A DNA stretch of 64,000 nt from Tubiluchus corallicola (taxonomy: Eukaryota; Animalia; Priapulida), in NCBI GenBank assembly GCA_030141605.1, contig JAQGDQ010000214.1:312105-376104 (forward strand). The letters are read 5' to 3'. A model generated the notes under the pieces. The model did no database searches. It was not told the origin of the DNA and was given only the letters and a program-made list of their open reading frames with translations. Of the stretch, positions 13,141 through 25,400 are shown one piece after another. Both the position numbers and the translations under genes were made by a program. Position 1 is the first letter of the stretch, and the number at the start of each line of letters is the position of its first letter.

Positions 13141-16100
13141 ATGCAAGAAATTGTGGCACCAGTTGATCATATAAAATTTGACTTAGAGGTTGCACTGGAG
13201 CAGCAGCTTGGTGCTCAACCTTTACCGTTCCCTGGAATGGATAGTAAGCATTTACTCTAAACTTAAAATAGATGTAGCGTATCAATATTTCGTTAGCCGT
13301 GTAAGCCGAAGGTCCCTGGTTCAAGTGTAGGTGTTCTCTCATCTCACATTTCTTGTTTGGTATCAAAATTTAATTCTGTTATAGTAAAACTGAGATCTGA
13401 AGAGCAGGTTTATGAGAGGTGGGTGTATCACTGATATGAGCAAATGTAGTAAGCAGCTTTATTTCACAGGTGGCCCACGGCTTCTGGCATTTAGCATTTT
13501 CCCGAAATTTCTCTTCGGTTTTTCCACAGATTTTCCCACCAAACAGGAAAACCTACCAGCAGCGCTTGAGGTAGATCTGTGGCTCTTTGGGAAGAGCAGC
13601 AACCAGGCTATGTGACAGTGGGTTTCTTTTGTAGATCTTTTCTAGAAAGATATTTCCTGTTTCCATATCATGTAATTCTCAGTTATGAAGCTGTATGATG
13701 GTAGCATTGTGTGATGTCATTGCATTGTATTCTGGCTGTACTGCGCTAACATTAGTCTGCTGTTGGCTGTCAATTATATTAATGCACATGATGTCTACAT
13801 GCCGTTTCACTATCATTTTAGGTACGGTTAGCAGTAAGTATGTAGAGTGTTCACCCATTGATTATCATCAGTGGATGGGTCTGATATCGTTTGTTATTCA
13901 CATATAGTTTGACTGTGTACAAAATGTTTTTGCATTGTTTTTCTAGACTGTTGTTGTTTTCATCGTTAGTGTCACTTTGAATTGCTGTCAACAATGCTGG
14001 GATCATGAGATCCTGGCATTGTTTGCAATTTAGAAATAATTTGTGAAGTTAAGACTAAAAATTGTCTGTGACATTTTTACTTAGTGATTAACATATCTAT
14101 CGTATCTGATCTTGGAGACTAATTTTTGTTACTAGAGGTTGGTTTGTTGGGTGACAGTGCCAAGCGCCAATTCATGTTTCAACAGACTCTCACAGCTAGC
14201 CAGTGGCTTTTTGTTTTAACCAAGGTTCACAGCTGTTTAATGAATAAATAATATTGTAATTTATTCTACAGTGAAAATTTTAAACTTTAGTGTAACTTGA
14301 TGTTAGCATTTATTTATTTGTTTTAGAATCGGGATCAGGAACCTGCATATTTTTTCTTCGAAGTGCATGTAACAAAGGTGCTGCCTGTCCATTTCGTCAT
14401 GTTAGCGGTGATAAAGCCATCGTCTGTAAGCACTGGCTTCGCGGTTTATGCAAGAAAGGGGACCTGTGTGAATTTTTGCACGAATATGACATGTCAAAGA
14501 TGCCAGAGTGTTTTTTCTTTTCAAAATTTAGTAAGTGGTTCAACTTCTTTTTACCCTTTTCATTTAAACATAATCGATGAATTATCAGTCAGCTAAACAT
14601 ATAAAGCATGATGCTTCATATTAGTAATACGAGAATGAAAATACGTGGCTTTGTCAAGTTTCTCTACCACCAACTTGCCAAATACATAAATGATGTTTAC
14701 TATTGCATCTTTCATCTCTTGCCCAATAAAGACGAGTTACAGTAGGCGCCGCTTACTAGACTCACTTGGGACCAAAGTGTTTTGACCTAATTAACTGACT
14801 GATTACAGGTGCGAGTGGTATCACATTTATAATTAAAATTTTTTCAGATGCTTGTAGCAACAAAGATTGTCCGTTCCTGCACATTGATCCAGAATCTAAA
14901 GTAAAAGATTGTCCATGGTATGACAGAGGCTTCTGCAGGCACGGTGCGTAAACTACCTTTAAAGGAAAACCGGATGATTGTGTAAACACGAGTTCAGAAT
15001 AAAGAATGCTCTAAAATATTGAAAACTACAATAGCTTATTTTAAATCAAAGCTTAGATTAAATAATAATTACCCCGGATACTCAAATTTCGTTAAACTTT
15101 CAAAGCTACATGCAGCTCAGTGAATCTACTAAGATTGGCAGCGGCGCCTTTTTGTCATGTGTGCGTCGCCGACAAATAGAAGGTAGTACCGTGATAACCA
15201 TGATCATGAACTACTGTGTTAGTTTCCTGACGTCATATGACGTAGACCCCATTTTTCGTGACATCATGCATTTAAACAGTACTGTAACACCTATGCAAAT
15301 GTGCTTTGACGCGCAAGGGAAGATGCCTGCAATTGCACAAACTGTGGTTAGTTTCTGACGTAAGCAGTAGCTGTGTTCGGTTGCTAATTATTCAAATATA
15401 AGGAACAATTGTTAACTTTTATAGGCAAGAAAATGTATATTTTGGACAGAAAATTAAAATGTGATTGAGTCTAAATAGTTGTCCGGTCTTCCTTTAATTT
15501 AATGATTTATTTGTAATACACTTGAAAAGTTATTAACTAAGAACCATCTGATTTTAAATAAAGGCATACAACTAAATTAGCTAAAAGTATAAATATGTGT
15601 AGATCTTATAGGGAAGCTGTTACTAAATGCAGGTTGTGGTTTACTTTAGTTGATCTTCGTACGATAGATGGTGAATAATTCAAGTTATGACCTGATCATT
15701 ATTTGATATGCTCTTCTTTTTCTTGCAATCAGCAGTATGTTGTGCGCTAAAAACATGACACGAATCTGCACATATATTTGCTTTATTTTAGTAATAACTG
15801 TATTTGGAATAACATGATTCATTGGTGATTTAGTATTAACTGTTGGCCTTTATTGAGAAAGCTTCGTGCTAGGAGTTTATTTGTTTGGTTTAGGACCATC
15901 CTGTAGACATCGTCACATGAGGCGTGTTATGTGTGTGAATTACCTCAATGGATTCTGTCTGGAGGGAAAGAAATGCAAATATATGCAGTGAGTCCTATAA
16001 CTTTCAAATTTTGTATAATAGAATTTATATATAACCTAAGACACATAGAAATTCATTTAACAACAACTACGCAGTGAATATTGTTACAGGTTTATCAGAT

Positions 16101-17999
16101 CAGAAGTTTATTTGAATTGCTACTTACTTATCAAAAATTATATAAACTAATTAAAAATGACACCATAATTCATTTCAAGTAAGTCTTTATGTATATTGGG
16201 CGATAACTAATCACAGCTGATCTCTTTTGTTTAGTCCAAGTTTTGACGTGCCATGGCAAGATCCAGCTGGTAAAGTAATAATCTGTCATAAATGTGGTGT
16301 CCTCGGTCACAAGTCTACACACTGTCCACAGTTAATATCAGCTTCAGCATCAGAGAATGTGAGTAAATTGTTGTTAGTGATGGTGCAAACCTACAACTAA
16401 TTAAATTTGAAACTTAATCATGAAACATGGCAAATGTGAAGAAGTTTGAACATCCTGAATTTCAACCAGAGACCTGCTTAGATGCCTTGAACGCTATACT
16501 GGGTAAGGCAATAGTCTAGTGGTCTAGAGGTCCCCGGTTCAAATACAGGCTGTATTCTAACTTTTCACATTTCTCGTTTTCTTAAATTTGGTGCCGAATT
16601 TGTGGAAAATGTATTTATTTGTAATTTTGTACCGTCAATAATACATATCTTGCTATCAAAATTATAAATAAATACTTTGTATTAAGTTTATCTGTGGCTT
16701 CAGGATTAGCATATTGGCAACTGGACTATTACTAGTTTTTCAAATTTTTAATATCTTTCAGACACTGACAGCTATGAAGCCAACAGAAAGCTCAAATATT
16801 ACTGTTCCTATAAGTACAATGCATCCGCCACGTTTCCACTCACATTATCATCCTACGCGTGGTATGTTTACGCGGTTTCCACGAGGGCATCTACGAAACA
16901 CGGAGGACGTAACGTGCTTTAAGGTATTCACAATTTATTTTCTTGGTGATCACTAAATATAAAATGTTATTATTGTTTACTCAGCATAGCATACCTCCCA
17001 TTTCGAGAAGTGATATCTCTGTTAACCGAGTGTCCAATTTAACAGTGTATTTGTTTGCCTTTCCTAAAGAGGCCCGAAAATAGTACTCAAGGAATTATGG
17101 CTTTTTCAACTTTCTTTCATTATTTATATTTTATTTTATTTATTTAAAATTTTCCTCCATTTCAAATCAAGTATAAAATAATTGTTTACAAATTGCTGAT
17201 GAGCTAATATTCATACATTACGTCCAAAATTGCATATGGTTGTTGTTTAATATGATGTATATGAAATGAACTAAAAGATGTCTAACAAAGTTTTGTGCAG
17301 AAAATCAACAAAGGACCTTGGACAAAATTATAATTAACTGTTTTACCATGTCAAATATGTCATTAGGCTGATAAAGAAAATCTTAGGTTTTCCAGAGGAA
17401 TTGAACCCATGACTTTTGGATGTTCTAAACAGATGATGCATTTACAACAATTTAATTCCTACAGTCTCAGTCCGTAGTCTCCCACCAGGCCATTAGGATT
17501 ACCTAGTTAATAAAATCCATTTTTTGGGAAAAGATATTCGGTTGTGATTGGGTCTAAGCTGCCCAGACAAAAAAAACTGCAGTTGATCTCGTTCAGTAAC
17601 TGATAAGCAAATTAGTTGCAGAGTGTGCCAGTATTTATCATGTTGATGAAAGATCTGTAAACATTCAAATATGTTAACCACCTCTGTTGGTTCAGTGGCT
17701 CAGCGAGATGCATTTTGATCCTGTCACAACCATCAATACATACATAAGTACTGGGTGTTAGCCACTGAATTTAGCTGTCAGCTTGGAATTTGGAATATGC
17801 CAAAGTGAATACATAATAAAAGTGGCAACCTCAACAGTAAACTTTTGTTTGCTGGTACTTGTAGAAGCTTTTAATGCACATTAAACAATTTTTGTTTCAG
17901 TGTGGAGAACAAGGGCATTACGCAAATCGCTGTCCTAAGGGTCACCTAGCTTTTCTTAGTCCAGCTTTAGCTCAGACTGAGGAAATGCAGCCTTCATAA
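13141..17999 (+). CDS. CPSF4: Cleavage and polyadenylation specificity factor subunit 4 (CPSF30/Clipper), 7 exons, about 293 aa
   Basis: Exons 13141-13243, 14327-14530, 14848-14943, 15894-15987, 16235-16358, 16762-16923, 17901-17999; all GT-AG and in phase. N-terminus MQEIVAPVDHIKFDLEVALEQQLGAQPLPFPGMDKSG; five CCCH fingers (e.g. VCKHWLRGLCKKGDLCEFLHEYDMSKMPEC); C-terminal knuckle VTCFKCGEQGHYANRCPKGHLAFLS. Confidence 0.96.
13270..13372 (+). mobile_element. tRNA-derived SINE-like fragment; related copy ~16510-16605
   Basis: B-box-like GGTCCC(T/C)GGTTCAA followed in both copies by a shared non-tRNA tail (TCACATTTCT(T/C)GTTT...TTTGGT). No complete cloverleaf. Confidence 0.5.
13470..13624 (+). 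other. Candidate structured RNA element / stop-containing cassette exon in CPSF4 intron 1
   Basis: Six nested, mutually compatible helices; two in-phase AG acceptors (exon starts 13470, 13530); TGA at 13613-13615; donor GTGGGT at 13618. Confidence 0.4.
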
Positions 18000-18354
18000 A
18001 GGAGAATTTGCTTTATATTCGAATTACTTGTTTTATTACCATGTTGTATAATGTATATATTGGACTGGCTACGTCTTCTAGGTAATTTTTGGGTTTTTAA
18101 ATAACCCCATGTATTTTTGTAGCCCACTGTACATTCATGAATTTGTAATACATGGTTTCAATGATCATTAGACTATCTTGGCTATCTTGATAATAGCTCA
18201 AAGAAATTATTATTCTGCTTGTTTGTCACTAATTTACGAGGTCTTTTGTGTTAATTTCTTTAGTGAAAACTAATGTTTTTGGTCTACAATCAGTTTACTA
18301 CTCTATTCTACAAATACAACAACAACTCAGTCATACATTTAGATGTTGTTTAGT

Positions 18355-18378
18355 GTTTTATTTTCACTAAAATAAAAC
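18355..18378. terminator. Palindromic bidirectional polyadenylation signal between convergent CPSF4 and Caskin
   Basis: GTTTTATTTT-CACT-AAAATAAAAC: AATAAA on + at 18371-18376 and on - at 18362-18357. Each is the first canonical hexamer I found downstream of the respective stop codon. Confidence 0.55.
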
Positions 18379-19455
18379 TTAGCCCATTAATTAATTTTTT
18401 ATACAAACATTGGTTGGAATAGTGTGTACAATATGCAATAATTATATGTACAACATTGTACATATTCACCAACTTGGCAGTAAATTGACAAAGATTACAG
18501 GTCGAAACAAAATTAGAACAGGTGTGGATTATCCAACTACCGACAGGAAACAGCACAAGCAGTAACATAACAATAACGTATCAGTAACTTACAGGTTAAC
18601 CATAAACAAACACGATTTATATACAAGATAGCAAAAATTAAATTAAATTGTAAAAATCACATAGATAGAAAACACAATGAAGGCAGCAGCTAGTTCAGCA
18701 CTATACATTATTATTTACATTTTTAACATGTAATTCAAATTATCAGCACAACCAGTCAAATGCGCTATGTACAGTTTAAGAACAAGGTGTGTAAAGTGAT
18801 TCATTATGATTAGCAATTGGCATATTGACACACAAATGCACCTTGTAATGAAAAGTAGTACGACCCAAAAATGCAATGTAAGTTAATAACCTGGGTGGAT
18901 AGCATAGAAGCCAGTTCCTTTCATAGATTTAAAATTACTATCAGGTTATATTTATGCCAGAAATCATTTTATAGCATTTAAATTGTTATTAAACATCTGA
19001 AGGATCACACTAGGACAAAACATATTGTTTCTCGAAAAGTTGTACTTGAAAAGAATCTAACTACAGCTAGCACAAAACATTGTTGGCTCATCTAAATTTG
19101 TTATATTGAAAAAAAAAGAAAAACACTTATCACCAGACAGTGGCTTTGCTTAAGGGCCGATTTCCAAAATTTCAGGCAAAACTTGCATGTAAAAATCGAC
19201 ATTTCAATAAAAAAAGGCACGTGACTTCTGCTATTTCAATATTCACTTACTATCTGAGTATCAATTGTGAGCACTCAATAAACAGAACTTGACCTAATAG
19301 ACACTGAAATAAATTCTGGAAACCAGATGCTCTTCACATGACGAAGAAAATAAAAAAATACTCGTGGAAGTTTGTTTTAAGTTTGTGCATAGAATGGTTC
19401 TAATACAGGGCCCTCAGTGAATAGGAATATACGTGCGAGTTCCCGATCATATCCT

Positions 19456-22400
19456 TTAGGCGGAAAGTTCTTCAAAGGATGACAAAGCTGCATCTAATTC
19501 ATCTGTGAGGTGGGATAACATATCACCGATATCATCCCATGCATCAAGCTTGCCTACTGACCTAAATAAAACATAGCAAGTATTAGCATTAAAAATCGAG
19601 GCAAATAACTTAAAATAAGACCATTACAAGTTGTTGTTGCTATATAACAATTAATTTGTTAATTGGTAATGCCAGATTTAAAAAGAATAGAAAGAAAAGT
19701 AATTATTAATGGGAAGAATTCTAAAAATGGACTTCTCATCTACAAACCTGCTACGTTTTTGACCAATCGCCTGAATTGTATAACAGATAGTAATGTGAGC
19801 AGTATTGACTTTACTGTCAAAAACCATATTTGCTAAGGTTATTGAACATGCTAGAAAACACTGGAATTATGAATACAGTTAATTACAGTTACTTTCGTAG
19901 AATTTATTCCTCCCAAATATGGCAGACAGTATTAGAAAATTACCCTTGTGAAGTATTCATGACGGAATTCCGATCACCATTATCATCTTTCGCTGTGCTG
20001 TTAACAAGGTGGGGCTTAGGAGGCGGTACTTTCTTTCCTAGTGGTACTGAAAAATAATATAATTTACAACCACTTAAATAAAATATAATTTAATTCTTGA
20101 ACAAGTTTTACATGAAATACTCAGCTGGCATTCAGACTCCCCAGTTAATGTGTTTCATTTGACGTAGCTTATTAGGATTGTTTTCAATAATTTTCATACA
20201 AGAAGCCATAGTTCAATGATATGTCTTGCTAGCAGCCTATTACTGTTTATAATATGCTCTAAATTTACCTTTTGGTTTTGGTGAAGCTGTCGGGCGAGCC
20301 AGAAGGGCGGGTTTTGTTGGCACAACAGGCGGTTTCACTGGTTTGATAGTAGCACTTCCATGACCGTTAATAGGCGTAATGTCAATATCACTTATATCTA
20401 CACCGACGGCAGTCAAATCAGGTTTATTTTGTTTCTGGGCTAATTTTATTGTTCCCACGTTTTCGTTTGCAAATGGAAGCGTATTAGAGTCGGTACTGCA
20501 TATAGACAACGAAGATGTTGTCGTTTCATTGTTATGAAGTTTAGATTGTATTTCTTCTACAATGGATCCTTTGCCACTGTCTATACTGGTTAGAGATGCG
20601 CGATCAGCACCATCACGGCTAGCGATAACGTCCAGTAATGATGAATGACATGTGCGATCAGTCGATTGATTATCACGCATAGACTTATTGCTAAACTGAG
20701 CAGCTAGGGTTTTAACACAGGCACGTTGTTCGTGATTTTGCACTGCAGCGTCTGATTCAGAAACTTTCAGTTCAGGTTTCTGACCAAAATCCTTGAGTCG
20801 TTGTGTTTGGTCTGCAGATTCAGTTTCGGAACCAGCTAAATCACTTTTGCCAGAAATATGGCTATCCGTCCGTTTCGGAGGGGGCGGCGGGGGTTGTTTC
20901 TTTAATAAGCCTTTCAAAGGTGAAGCACAATGTCTCACAGGGGAACTGATTATATGACTATTAATTTCGTTTCGCTCAGAATTTGATTTCATATTCTCAC
21001 ACGAATCTTCTTCTGGTAGTATTATCATATCACTTGGCAGCTCGCGACTGCTTCTCTTCGTCTTAGCTATGATTTTTGCCACTGGTCTCGGTCGTTGAGA
21101 AATCGGAATCACGACTGCTGATGGTCGAGGAACAACAAGTTCAATCGTATTCGTACTCGGGGCGTTTTCCTCAATTTCTGGACTACTTTCATACGCCCTG
21201 TCATCAAAAATAGCGGAATGAGCCAGTTGGTTGGCTGACGAGTAACCATCATCGTCAGCACCACCGCTGCCACCACTTCCGCCGCTGCCACCGCTGGAGC
21301 GGGACATTTGACTCAAACGTCCAGAGCTAGAAATGTCCCAATCAACAGCCTGAAATAAACACATAACTAATAAAATAACTGTTTAACATACTATATCAGA
21401 TAAATTAAAAGTTATTTTATGTATGGGAGTTGCCACTAACCTCGAGGGAAGCTCGCTTGTACAAAAATCCTTCTTTAGGAGGCGACTGTTGGAAGGTTTT
21501 AAACTCCGGTACATTGACGTTTTCTGTAGATGGAGAGCTGATGGGCTTGGGCTTGGAAACTATTTTGATCTCTCCGGCAGAATAGGGTTGAATTGTCACA
21601 CCATCCGTTAGCTGCAGGTTGCCTGGAACTGAAAAATTTAATTCACAATTTTAATTTTTGGAGCCCATGCAGTGACAAATTTATACCTTCATCCCCTAAT
21701 TGTCGACTCCAGTACTTTAAGCACTTCGCACAGAAGATATAAGAAACCAGCTTGCAAAACTGCAACATTCATGGGAAATATCCTTCTCCCATGATGTGCA
21801 TTTTTCTCGAGAAAACGATACATGTATGGTGGTACGATCATGCCAAATCAAAACAATGAGTAATGAGATATGAACTACCAAAACGTGCATTACCTTAAAT
21901 GCAACCCCAAATGCCTTAAAAGATAACATGCAGTAATAATTAATCATCTGTAATAACACTAATGTCATTTAGCAGGTGTTTTCTAAATACCAGCCTGTCA
22001 TTTATTCCTTTCCAAAGATTTCTATATATTAGAAAGACAGAAACTTGCAACCTAGAGATCAATTAACACTGCTATTTTATGTCTAATGAAAAAACATTGA
22101 CCTCCCACTGATGCAGGTAGCAGCAGTACTCAAACTTTATAAGAACTTGGTTTGGGCATTTATATACATATTCTTATTAATTCTTATAAAAACATTAGTT
22201 CTCAAATGAAAAAGAACGGTACATACTAGGAGAGAGACCAGAAGACAATATTTCACATGACTTTGGTCTGGACTCTGATGTTGACATTGAAGATACTCGT
22301 TTGCCTGCCCGCAGGTCCTTCAGTCTCTTCACTGCTAACATCATTTTCTTTTGATGACCTACGAACAGACCGATAAACATCAAAATTTTGAAACAAAATG

Positions 22401-25400
22401 AGTTAAAGCAATAAGACTTAATGTCAGTAACAACAATGCGCTACATTTTACTGGAAGTTAGAGTCGCAATAATATGATGACATATCATGTTACCCAGTTT
22501 TCTGATTCCAATTTCTTCTAAGTCTTCCCAGGAGAGGTCAATTACTTGTTCCAGTGTACCATATCCCTGATTCCTCAGTGTTTCATAGTACTGACACAGT
22601 CCCAGCACCCTTAGCCATTCTCCAATATCCTCCTGGTAAAATAATAGATGAGGCCGTGTAGTCAAAAGATCAGCTATAACTTTTTGAAAATACAAAAAAA
22701 CTTCTAATGCATGTGAACATTATATGCTGGCAGTCAATACTTAGCGTATGGAACATGTTTACTTACAGGCATGTACTCTGGAATACCGTCAGGAATGTTA
22801 AGTTTTGATATTTCAGCTTTTAACCTCTTCCTATGGCCTGGCTTTGTTATGCCTATAGCAGTCATATCCTAGAAAGTCACAAATATAAATATTATTAACT
22901 TCTTTGCATAAACCTTTAAGGGACACACGTTTAATCAGAATTTATCACATCATCCTGTTAAATACAAAAGTTTCCGCTTTATCCTATGACTGTAACTAGG
23001 TTAGGCTAAGTACCTCTGGCGTCATTCTGGTTATTGTATGCATGTCATAACCAGTTTGCACAAAATTCTGGAAGTATTCTTCAAAACGTATATCAGCTAA
23101 CCAGGAGCTCATAACTTCAGTGTCCTGTAAAAGCAGAAATCAAACTAAATGGCAAGCGTGACTGTAAAAAAGTAAGGAACATGAAAAGTAGTTAAGTGGA
23201 CAGTTTATATAAAGCATTTCCACATTGACAAACAGGTTGTTAATTAGCAAAAGTGCAAAATAAGAATTTTTTGAGAAAGATACACTAATGGGGGGCATAT
23301 AATGACTTTCAGAAAATAAATCACATTTTTAGAACACAGCGTAATGGTAAAACAACAACAGCTATTATTAAACTATAGCACACTGTATGCGGAAAACTTG
23401 GAATCTGATTTCACTCGCAGTTTCCTAGAAAACCGTGTTAGTAGAAGGAATATCAGCCGTAAAATTCTTTTAGAAAATTGAACAATTTCGTTTGACTGAA
23501 ACACAATTTATCGGCTTTAACCTTCCCTAGTGAAAACCATTTCAGATAACCGCTCACACTTAGTATCCATAATTTACCAAAGCACCACAAAAATGTAAAT
23601 TTAATGTAACTCTGCTTTATTAGTATAGTTAACAGCAGCCATTTAAAAAGTTGCCGGATGAGAGCCAGACAATTGTCTACAGTATTTCACAGTTTCTTAA
23701 TGTTAAATTCAGTGTCACGTGAAGAAATGCTAGCCAGAAAGGACAACATCAAGTTAGCTTACAAAATGCATTGTAATTGCTGTATTAAACGTGTAAAAAC
23801 TACGATTTTTAATACCCAATTTAGAGTAGAAGATAGGTTTTTTCTAGGGTATCTAATGGCCAAGCGCAATAAATAGCCAAACCAAAGCAAGTGTGTCATA
23901 ATAATAAACGAAATTCGTTAAATTTTGGTAAGCATCGAGCAACTACCTGCATGCCTGCATCAAAGAGCTCGGCTACATTGACTACACTAGAATAACCGCT
24001 CTCTTCAAGCCTGTCCAAACTTCCCATACTTGAGCTAGAGCAACTGTGGTAACTTTGCCTGCCAGAATCGTAGCCGTGTGACAAGAGTCGATGTTGTATG
24101 CCCGTAAATGCAGCAGGCTGAAAACAGAAACAATTTATAATGATTTTCCAAAATTATAAGAGCAAGTTTCACAAGAATTGCAAAATAAGCAGATCAGAGA
24201 CATTATGCATACCTACAATAAAGCAATTTACATGTAGTCCTCGAGCCAGACCCCAAAATATCACGAATTGGTACCGCCTAAAAGAACAACACCTACCATC
24301 TAAAAGCCCTATACTTGCAAACAATGAAACCACATGACAGACCTTCTCCATTCACAGCTTAGCGGCAAGAAACACATTTCAACAAACACATTTTAGCCCT
24401 TAAAACAGATATGGTTAGCAGAACTTAAGGGTAGGGCAAGTGCAAAAATCAATTTCTCCACAACCAATGGGTCTCTTCCAACATGCGACCCCTCAAAATG
24501 TTGACCTTAGCGAGTCCTATATTTCTGTACAAGTCACATAAGGCTTGTTGGAATTTGGTCAACAATGGTCAAAAGGGATTGAATTTCAGCAAAATAATGA
24601 AAAATTGCTCGCCTTTACACTAGAAGCACAAAACTTTGCACAAAGCAAGGACTCGTCATGTTAATTAATTATGCATATAGGGCTAATCCATAATCATTCA
24701 CTATGACTATCATTTTCAATATGGCCCCCAGTAGCTTAAGAAAGCAAGCAGTTCAGGTAATCGAAATCAGTCATCAGATTTTTTTTTAAATATTGGAGGA
24801 GGATGTATGTTGATCAGCTTTAATGGACCCCAGTTATCAGAATTTCAGAAAATCCTGGAAGATAATGTAGCTTAAATAGCTTAAGGTATGGGCCAAAGAC
24901 AGATTATTTATAAGACTGCTTAAAGGAATGTAAATTTTGATGAACATGCTGAAACTGCCATTGTGTTGTTACCTACCTAACCTGTGAGAAAAGACTAAAA
25001 AGGTAGACTCAGCCGAGAGATGGCAGCCAATTTGATAATAATTCACAGACAAAACAATGAGAGATTTCGTACAAAAGTAATGATGCTAACCTTTTGGTAC
25101 ACTGTACTCCCGCTTCCGCTGTCTAAACTGGTTATGCTGTTTCGTTGGCTATCGGCGGGACTGTTGTCGTTGCTGGCAGCAGGACTGTTCGCTCGTTCAG
25201 CTGCCTCACGGTTAAATGGAAAGAGTGGCTGCGTTCGATCATATAACGCAGTATGTTTGTGTGGCACGTAAGGATCTGTTAAAAAAAGTAAATATTAATT
25301 TTCTTAAATAGATGTACTCAGACATAATTAGTACAGGTGAGCGTTCTCTACCAAAAAGCGAATTCGCATCGAACCAAATTTCAGTATTTGAAATTCGAAT

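Noticed and set aside
13270-13345. Functional tRNA gene
   Set aside because: Only the T-arm/B-box is recognisable. Acceptor and D stems do not pair, and a related copy at ~16510 shares a non-tRNA tail, so it is SINE-like.
13470-13624. Telomerase RNA, RNase P/MRP, hammerhead or standard H/ACA snoRNA identity for the structured element
   Set aside because: No CUAACCCU template nearby, no RNase P/MRP conserved regions and no CUGAUGA core. ACAGGA and ACA boxes exist, but the helices do not fit a two-hairpin H/ACA layout.
24425-24884. TTAA-flanked (Kolobok/piggyBac-like) element
   Set aside because: TTAA sites are present, but I could not find convincing terminal inverted repeats or a second copy.
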